From Trichlorobacter lovleyi SZ (GTDB lineage Bacteria > Desulfobacterota > Desulfuromonadia > Geobacterales > Pseudopelobacteraceae): a stretch of 32,000 nt of DNA. Shown piece after piece: positions 26,117-32,000 of this stretch. Under the pieces are notes generated by a model that was given only the letters and a program-made list of their open reading frames with translations, searched no databases and was not told the origin of the DNA. The stretch is taken from NCBI RefSeq assembly GCF_000020385.1, contig NC_010814.1, positions 3,330,001 to 3,362,000 of the forward strand, in the 5' to 3' direction. Position 1 is the first letter of the stretch. Every line of letters begins with the position of its first letter. The translations under genes were made by a program, and so were the position numbers.

Positions 26117-26632
26117 CTAGATCGGGAGCGAAGAATATTCCTTGATGATCTCATCTACCTTTTGAACTGTCATCTTGCCATAGGTCTCATCATTGACCAT
26201 GGCAAGCGGTGCCATACCGCAGGCGCCCAGACAGGCCACCAGTTCAAACGTAAAGCGGCGATCCGGAGTCGTTTCAGCATGACCAATACCGATACGATCA
26301 TAAAACGACTCTTTAATACGCTCCGCGCCCAGAACGTGACAGGCGGTCCCCATACAAACCCGGATAATAAACTTGCCACGTGGTTTGAGGTGGAACTGAG
26401 CATAGAAGGTCAACACACCATAGATCTGGCTGGGATAGACATTCAGACGCTCGGCCACATAATCAACAGTGATACGCGGCACATACCCATAGGCATCTTG
26501 AATACCCTGCAGCACTGGCATCAGGTTGCCAGGGATATCCTTGTATTTTTGAATCACCTCTTCTGCAAGAGCCAAGTCGATAACAGGCTCTTCCATTTCG
26601 GCACTTTCTGTAACTGCAACCGCTTCACTCAT
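26117..26632 (-). CDS. nuoE: NADH-quinone oxidoreductase subunit E (24-kDa, [2Fe-2S])
   Basis: CMGTACHVLG...CLGACGMAP. Confidence 0.92.
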   Translation of the reverse strand: MSEAVAVTESAEMEEPVIDLALAEEVIQKYKDIPGNLMPVLQGIQDAYGYVPRITVDYVAERLNVYPSQIYGVLTFYAQFHLKPRGKFIIRVCMGTACHVLGAERIKESFYDRIGIGHAETTPDRRFTFELVACLGACGMAPLAMVNDETYGKMTVQKVDEIIKEYSSLPI

Positions 26633-26658
26633 CTGCGGCCTCCCTTTTCGGTCTCAGT

Positions 26659-27831
26659 TTAGCGGTCAATCTCACCCAACACGATGTCCAGCGTACCGAT
26701 GATTGCAACAAGGTCTGCCAGCATGGCACCCTTTGCCATCTTCTCAATGGCCTGCAGGTTGACAAATGAAGGTGGACGTACCCTCATACGATAGGGCTTG
26801 CTGCTACCATCACTGACCAGATAGAAGCCCAGCTCACCTTTAGGTGCCTCAACCCCCATATAGACCTCACCCTCAGGAACCGGGTAGCCCTCACTGGCGA
26901 TCTTGAAGTGGTGAATCAGGCCTTCAATACTGTTATAGACGGAATCTTTAGGCGGGTAACAAACTTGCGGGGCATCAGCCAGCACAGGGCCGGGCTTGAG
27001 ACGCTCAAGAGCCTGGTTGACGATCTTGCAGGACTCACGCATTTCAATCAGACGCACCTGATAGCGATCAAAGGTATCGCAGTTCTTACCGGTAGGAACC
27101 TTGAACTGGTAGTTCTCGTAACCGGCGTAAGGGATATCACGACGCAGGTCAAAATCAACACCAGATCCGCGGAGCGCAGGTCCGGTAATACCGATGTCAG
27201 TGGCATCCTCAGCAGAGATGACGCCGTTGCCGATGGTACGCTTGCGCCAGATCGGGTTACCAGTCAGCAGCCCTTCATAGGTATCAATGAAGCCAGGCAT
27301 CTCGGCCACAAAATCACGTACCTTCTTTTCAAACTCAGCAGGCACATCCTGAGACAGACCACCGGCACGGAAGAAGTTGGAGGTCATCCGGGCACCGGAG
27401 ATCAGTTCATACGTTTCCATGATTACTTCACGCTCACGGAAGGCGTAGATAAAGACGGTCATGGCACCGATATCAAGTGCGTGACAGGCCAGCCATACCA
27501 GGTGGGACTGAAGGCGGGTCAGCTCAGTCATAATAATACGGATCGTCTGAGCCCGCTCCGGCACCTCGATGCCCAACAGCTTTTCAACTGCCAGCATATA
27601 GCCAAGGTTATTGCTCATCGGTGCCAGATAATCAAGACGGTCTGTCAATGGCAACGTCTGATGATAGGTGCGGTGCTCGGAGAGCTTCTCGACACCACGA
27701 TGCAGGTAGCCGATATCCGGATCAATTTTAAGAATGGTCTCACCATCCAGCTCGATCACCATGCGCAAAACGCCGTGGGTACTGGGGTGTTGCGGCCCCA
27801 TGTTAATAGTCATGATTTCATTGTTAGCCAT
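26659..27831 (-). CDS. nuoD: NADH-quinone oxidoreductase subunit D (49-kDa)
   Basis: MGPQHPSTHGVLR...HRGVEKL...; C-terminal TLDIVLGEIDR. Confidence 0.95.
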   Translation of the reverse strand: MANNEIMTINMGPQHPSTHGVLRMVIELDGETILKIDPDIGYLHRGVEKLSEHRTYHQTLPLTDRLDYLAPMSNNLGYMLAVEKLLGIEVPERAQTIRIIMTELTRLQSHLVWLACHALDIGAMTVFIYAFREREVIMETYELISGARMTSNFFRAGGLSQDVPAEFEKKVRDFVAEMPGFIDTYEGLLTGNPIWRKRTIGNGVISAEDATDIGITGPALRGSGVDFDLRRDIPYAGYENYQFKVPTGKNCDTFDRYQVRLIEMRESCKIVNQALERLKPGPVLADAPQVCYPPKDSVYNSIEGLIHHFKIASEGYPVPEGEVYMGVEAPKGELGFYLVSDGSSKPYRMRVRPPSFVNLQAIEKMAKGAMLADLVAIIGTLDIVLGEIDR

Positions 27832-27871
27832 GTATAGCCTCGTCTGCTCGTTAAGTGCGTAATGGTTCTAA

Positions 27872-28360
27872 TCAGGAAAGACGTCCCTTGTACGGCTCAC
27901 GGCCAGGTCCCTGCAACGGGTAGTCCTTGCGAAGCGGATGCCCTTCCCAGTCAGGCGTCATCAGAATACGACGCAGATCCGGATGTTTATCAAAGCGGAT
28001 GCCAAACAGGTCAAAGACTTCACGCTCAAGCCAGTTGGCTGAGCCATAGACCTGTGTTGCACTACCAATAACACAGTCAGCCTCTGCAACCGGCGCCTTG
28101 ATACGCAGCCGGTCTTTGAATGGCACCGATGTCAACTGGTAGACCATCATAAAACGATCAGCAGCCTTACCGAGATAGTCAACAGCCGTTACATCAGTCA
28201 GCATATCGAATTTGCACTCTTGCTTCAGAAACGCAAGAACAGCAACGATATCCTCTTTCTTGACTGTAACGATCCAGTCACCACGATCCTGCTTCACCTC
28301 CAGAATGGAGGCCTCGAACTTCCCTTGCAGTTTTTCAACGGCGCGATTTGTGTCTGCCAT
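27872..28360 (-). CDS. nuoC: NADH-quinone oxidoreductase subunit C (30-kDa), not fused to D
   Basis: ANWLEREVFDLFGIRFDKHPDLRRIL. Confidence 0.92.
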   Translation of the reverse strand: MADTNRAVEKLQGKFEASILEVKQDRGDWIVTVKKEDIVAVLAFLKQECKFDMLTDVTAVDYLGKAADRFMMVYQLTSVPFKDRLRIKAPVAEADCVIGSATQVYGSANWLEREVFDLFGIRFDKHPDLRRILMTPDWEGHPLRKDYPLQGPGREPYKGRLS

Positions 28361-28408
28361 AGCGTCGAAACCTTTTCAGTAATAGTGAATTCGTAGCAAC
28401 CTAGAAAA

Positions 28409-28918
28409 TCAGACCGTGGATACCCGCTCACCCAGGCCGAATACGGAACCGAACGAGTTACTCTCCTGCATAATCTTGTCCTGCAGCTTCATCAGACCAT
28501 ACAGCAGGGCCTCCGGGCGCGGAGGACAACCCGGAATATACACATCAACCGGCAGCGCTTCATCAATACCCTGCACAACACTATAGGTATCAAAAATACC
28601 ACCTGAGCAGGCACAGGCACCCATGGCAATTACCCACTTTGGCTCCGGCATCTGCTCATACACCGTCTGAATGACCGGCAACATCTTCTTGGTTACCGTA
28701 CCGGCAATAATAATACAGTCAGCCTGACGTGGCGAAGCGCGGAAGATGATACCAAAGCGGTCAAGGTCGTTGTGCGATGCACCAGTTGCCATCATCTCAA
28801 TGGCACAGCAGGCCAGACCAAAGGTCATCGGCCAGATGGAAGATTTCCTGACCCAGTTGACCAGCTTGTCAAGTGACGTAACGGTTACGTTACCACCGAG
28901 GGGCTGATTTACTCCCAT
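28409..28918 (-). CDS. nuoB: NADH-quinone oxidoreductase subunit B (PSST, N2 cluster)
   Basis: [11 protein letters not shown]...GACACSGG...IPGCPPRPE. Confidence 0.95.
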
Positions 28919-29265
28919 TCCAGTGCTCCTTTTTTCCAGACATAGATATAACCAACAAACAGGATCACGACAAAGAGCCCCATCTCCACCAGGCCGAACA
29001 GACCAAGCTTCTTGTACAAGACAGCCCAGGGATAGAGAAAGACAGCTTCAATATCAAACAAGATAAACAGCATTGCGATCAGATAGAACTTAATCGGGAA
29101 ACGCTCACGCGCCGTTCCGATCGGCTCACAACCGCACTCGTAAGGCGCCATCTTGACCTTTGAGAACTTCTTTTGGCCAATCAACGAAGAAAACACCACT
29201 GAACCAAGGCCAAAGGCCAACGCAACCAGGATCAGCAGCATAATTGGTAGATAGGTACCGAGCAT
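28909..29265 (-). CDS. nuoA: NADH-quinone oxidoreductase subunit A
   Basis: 118-aa ND3-like (YECG.EP...FDIE). Overlaps the nuoB start by 10 nt. Confidence 0.92.
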
Positions 29266-29494
29266 TCGCTATTTCCTCCCCAATCTGTTCATTCAATACT
29301 TAGGTATACTGTATACAAAACGCAGCAAACCTATTGCATTTGGGTATCGATTGTCAAGCACTTTTTCCCGTTTTTTTCAGCCTACATTAAATCATTCTTA
29401 ATTATGTAACATACTCATTTCGCTAATGTTTACAGGACATAGAGGACTGTTTAGGTATTAATGAAGCAAGATTTTCCACAACAAATGAACTGAA

Positions 29495-29524
29495 TTGACA
29501 AAAGAACACGGCAACAGGTACAAA
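29495..29524 (+). promoter_or_regulatory. Candidate hemL promoter
   Basis: TTGACA, 18 nt, TACAAA, about 40 nt upstream of the ATG at 29567. Sequence match only. Confidence 0.3.
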
Positions 29525-29566
29525 AGCACTACTGATCCACGCTCATACCAATGGAGGCGCCATCCA

Positions 29567-30853
29567 ATGACCCACACCCGCTCGCACACCCTCTTCGACC
29601 AAGCCCGCCGCATCATACCCGGTGGCGTCAACAGCCCGGTCCGGGCCTTTAAATCCGTTGGCGCAGACCCGCTCTTCATCAAGCGGGCCTCAGGCAGCAA
29701 GATCTTTGACGAAGACAACAACACCTACATAGATTACGTCGGCTCCTGGGGCCCCATGATTCTTGGCCACTGTTTTCCTGAGGTGGTAAACGCTGTAAAA
29801 CAATGCATGGAAAACGGCTCCAGCTTTGGCGCCCCGACAGAGCTTGAAATCACGCTTGCCCAGATGGTGATCGATGCCATGCCTTCGATTGAAATGGTAC
29901 GCATGGTCAGTTCCGGCACTGAAGCCACTATGAGTGCCATACGCCTGGCCCGTGGCTATACCGGTCGCGACAAGATTCTCAAATTCTCCGGCTGCTACCA
30001 CGGCCATGCCGACGCATTACTGGTCAAAGCCGGCTCCGGAGCAGCCACCTTCGGCGTACCGGACTCACCGGGCGTGCCTGCGGATTTTGCCAAACACACC
30101 CTGACCGCCGAATACAACTCGCTAGCATCCGTCAAGACGCTTATCACAGAAAACAGCGGGCAGATCGCCTGCATAATCCTGGAACCCGTTGCCGGAAACA
30201 TGGGCACCGTCCCTCCCCGCCCCGGTTTCCTTGAAGGCCTGCGGGAGCTCTGCACCAATGAAGGTATCATCTTGATCTTTGATGAGGTTATGTCCGGTTT
30301 CCGGGTTGCCTACGGCGGTGCACAATCCCTCTATGGCGTAACACCCGACATGACAACACTGGGCAAGATCATAGGCGGCGGTCTGCCGGTTGGCGCCTTC
30401 GGCGGCAAACGAGAGATCATGGAAAAGCTGTCTCCTTCCGGGGGCGTTTACCAGGCAGGGACCCTGTCAGGCAATCCTTTGGCCATGACCGCAGGTATCG
30501 AGACCCTGAAATTTTTACAACAGCCGGGATTTTATGACCGGCTTGAAGAAAAAAGCAGCCAGCTCTCCGAAGGGATTTCACTGGCTGCCCGTGATGCAGG
30601 TTATCCGCTGTACTCCACCAGGGTGGGCAGCATGTTTTGTGCCTTTTTCACCCCCCACGAAGTCTTTGACTGGACAACGGCTGCCGCCTGCGACACCAAG
30701 GCCTTTGCCCGATATTTTCTCGCCATGCTCGAAGAAGGGGTATACCTGGCCCCTTCACAATTCGAGACGGCCTTTATGTCTGCGGCACATTCCCAGCAGG
30801 ACATCGAGGCAACCATTGCTGCTGCCCGTAAATGCTTCAAACTCATCAGATGA
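29567..30853 (+). CDS. hemL: Glutamate-1-semialdehyde 2,1-aminomutase
   Basis: [23 protein letters not shown]...[10 protein letters not shown]...[25 protein letters not shown] precedes the ATG at 29567 (tracked start 29495 is a TTG inside the promoter). Confidence 0.93.
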   Translation: MTHTRSHTLFDQARRIIPGGVNSPVRAFKSVGADPLFIKRASGSKIFDEDNNTYIDYVGSWGPMILGHCFPEVVNAVKQCMENGSSFGAPTELEITLAQMVIDAMPSIEMVRMVSSGTEATMSAIRLARGYTGRDKILKFSGCYHGHADALLVKAGSGAATFGVPDSPGVPADFAKHTLTAEYNSLASVKTLITENSGQIACIILEPVAGNMGTVPPRPGFLEGLRELCTNEGIILIFDEVMSGFRVAYGGAQSLYGVTPDMTTLGKIIGGGLPVGAFGGKREIMEKLSPSGGVYQAGTLSGNPLAMTAGIETLKFLQQPGFYDRLEEKSSQLSEGISLAARDAGYPLYSTRVGSMFCAFFTPHEVFDWTTAAACDTKAFARYFLAMLEEGVYLAPSQFETAFMSAAHSQQDIEATIAAARKCFKLIR

Positions 30854-30865
30854 TTCACGAAACAA

Positions 30866-30895
30866 TTGACACTGAAAGCCATACCATGCTATGAA
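30866..30895 (+). promoter_or_regulatory. Candidate atp operon promoter
   Basis: TTGACA, 18 nt, TATGAA, with TGc extended -10 immediately upstream. Confidence 0.35.
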
Positions 30896-30936
30896 AGACA
30901 GGTTTTGTATACAACTCATCTCGACTGGAGGCGGAA

Positions 30937-31179
30937 ATGAGCGAACTTCGTGACATTTTCCGCAACATCGGCACCGTCTCCAGCATGGGTATATCGGTTG
31001 TACTCGCGATTGCCATCGGTGTCTGGTTTGGCCTGACTCTTGACCGCTGGTTTGGTACAGCACCCTGGTTTTTCTGGTTATTCCTTTTGATTGGTATCGC
31101 TGCCGGATTTAAAAATGTGTATGTCATTACCCGGCGCGAAATTAAGAATTTGAACCGTGACACTGATCAACGAGGCTAG
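30937..31179 (+). CDS. atpZ: AtpZ-like small membrane protein (F0F1 ATPase gene-1 family)
   Basis: 80 aa with two TM helices (MGISVVLAIAIGVWFG, WFFWLFLLIGIAAGF), directly upstream of atpI/atpB. GGAGG SD. Confidence 0.7.
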   Translation: MSELRDIFRNIGTVSSMGISVVLAIAIGVWFGLTLDRWFGTAPWFFWLFLLIGIAAGFKNVYVITRREIKNLNRDTDQRG

Positions 31180-31537
31180 GCTGCCTACTGTTATTTTGCA
31201 ATCAAGCGCAATCCTGCTCTTTATTGCAACAGTTGCCGGTTTCTTATTCTACACGACGCCGGTTGCTCTTGGTATTCTGGCTGGTGGCAGCATTGCCATT
31301 ATAAATTTTGTCTGGCAGCGCAGGACACTACGCCAACTGCTTGACAGTCAGGCTCCCCCCACAGCGAGCTCTGCAACACTGCGCTACCTGCTTCGCCTGA
31401 GTATTACCGCCGTTATACTGTATGCCGTACTGACTTCCGGGCATTTTTCCATTATCGCCCTTCTGGTCGGGCTGTCAGTCATAGTGGCAGTTATCATTGC
31501 ATTAACACTGTATTCAGCGTTTTATAAAGGAGATTGA
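31157..31537 (+). CDS. atpI: ATP synthase protein I
   Basis: 126-aa, 4-TM protein between atpZ and atpB. GTG start at 31157 is uncertain. Confidence 0.6.
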   Translation: MTLINEARLPTVILQSSAILLFIATVAGFLFYTTPVALGILAGGSIAIINFVWQRRTLRQLLDSQAPPTASSATLRYLLRLSITAVILYAVLTSGHFSIIALLVGLSVIVAVIIALTLYSAFYKGD

Positions 31538-31540
31538 CCC

Positions 31541-32000
31541 ATGGTCCACCCGTTGTTGTTTCTCCAGTTCCTCAGCACGAAGCTGCAGCACCTGCTGCAT
31601 ATCTCTGACGCTTCTGCAAACGCAGTCGTCTATACCTGGACGGTCATCGTGCTGTTGCTGGTGCTGTCACTGATTGCAACCCGTGCCCTGAAGACGATAC
31701 CAAGCGGCGTACAAAACTTCATGGAAGTGGTGGTTGACGGAATTGAAAACATGATCGTCGAAACCATGGGTGAGCATGGGCGGTCCTTTTTTCCCTTAAT
31801 CGCCACACTGGCCATCTTCATTCTGGTGTCCAACCTGGTGGGCCTGATCCCCGGCTTCTACCCGCCTACCGCTAACGTCAACACGACGGCAGCCTGTGCA
31901 ATCGTGGTATTTCTGGCCACCCATGTGGTTGGCATCAAGCACCACGGTTTTCACTACCTGAAGCATTTCATGGGTCCGATCTGGTGGTTGGCTCCGCTGA
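31541..32000 (+). CDS. atpB: ATP synthase F0 subunit a, N-terminal part (continues beyond window)
   Basis: ATG at 31541 after AAAGGAGA. Open to the window end. Translates [10 protein letters not shown]...[69 protein letters not shown]. Absent from the ORF track because no stop lies in the window. Confidence 0.85.
   Translation, partial: MVHPLLFLQFLSTKLQHLLHISDASANAVVYTWTVIVLLLVLSLIATRALKTIPSGVQNFMEVVVDGIENMIVETMGEHGRSFFPLIATLAIFILVSNLVGLIPGFYPPTANVNTTAACAIVVFLATHVVGIKHHGFHYLKHFMGPIWWLAPL

Noticed and set aside
26908-27837. 309-aa ORF antisense to nearly all of nuoD (possible overlapping gene)
   Set aside because: It is exactly codon-aligned antisense to nuoD. In that register, antisense stops arise only from sense TTA, CTA or TCA codons, which this genome evidently avoids. 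The translation is low-complexity and has no start context.

Overview
This window looks like a chromosomal segment from a Desulfuromonadales or Geobacter-like bacterium. That placement is inferred from gene content and synteny (nuoA-N next to hemL, atpZ-atpI-atpB and mglBA), not from any search.

The housekeeping backbone contains:
- the 3' end of tadA and tRNA-Ser(CGA);
- a DUF4189-like secreted protein and tRNA-Phe;
- a radical SAM/SPASM protein and mglB-mglA;
- a tRNA-Ser(GCT), tRNA-Arg(ACG), tRNA-Sec cluster;
- a complete 14-gene nuoA-N complex I operon on the minus strand (14170-29265);
- hemL, atpZ, atpI and the 5' part of atpB.

The only clearly accessory region is a ~10 kb integrative island (about 327-10341) inserted at the 3' end of tRNA-Ser(CGA).
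- It is bounded by an imperfect 45-48 nt direct repeat.
- It carries a P4-type tyrosine integrase, a large hybrid sensor kinase/response regulator as cargo, and a minus-strand module. That module runs 121-aa orphan, strong leader terminator, AlpA-like regulator, DUF5659-like protein, prim-pol/SF3-helicase primase, iteron-like inverted repeats, 95-aa orphan.
- The primase gene is cleanly split by a 1325-bp IS5-family element with a CTAA target duplication. Removing the IS restores one in-frame 769-codon ORF.
- The layout resembles a minimal P4/PICI-like satellite or integrative mobilizable element that is now probably immobilised.

I see no CRISPR array, no recognisable defence or toxin-antitoxin system, and no convincing new multi-gene system. 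The most interesting items are the island's architecture (candidate origin, leader terminator, orphan genes, kinase cargo), an unannotated selC, and an extended HydB/HoxF-like NuoF. All calls come from reading the sequence and the ORF translations. No database searches were run.
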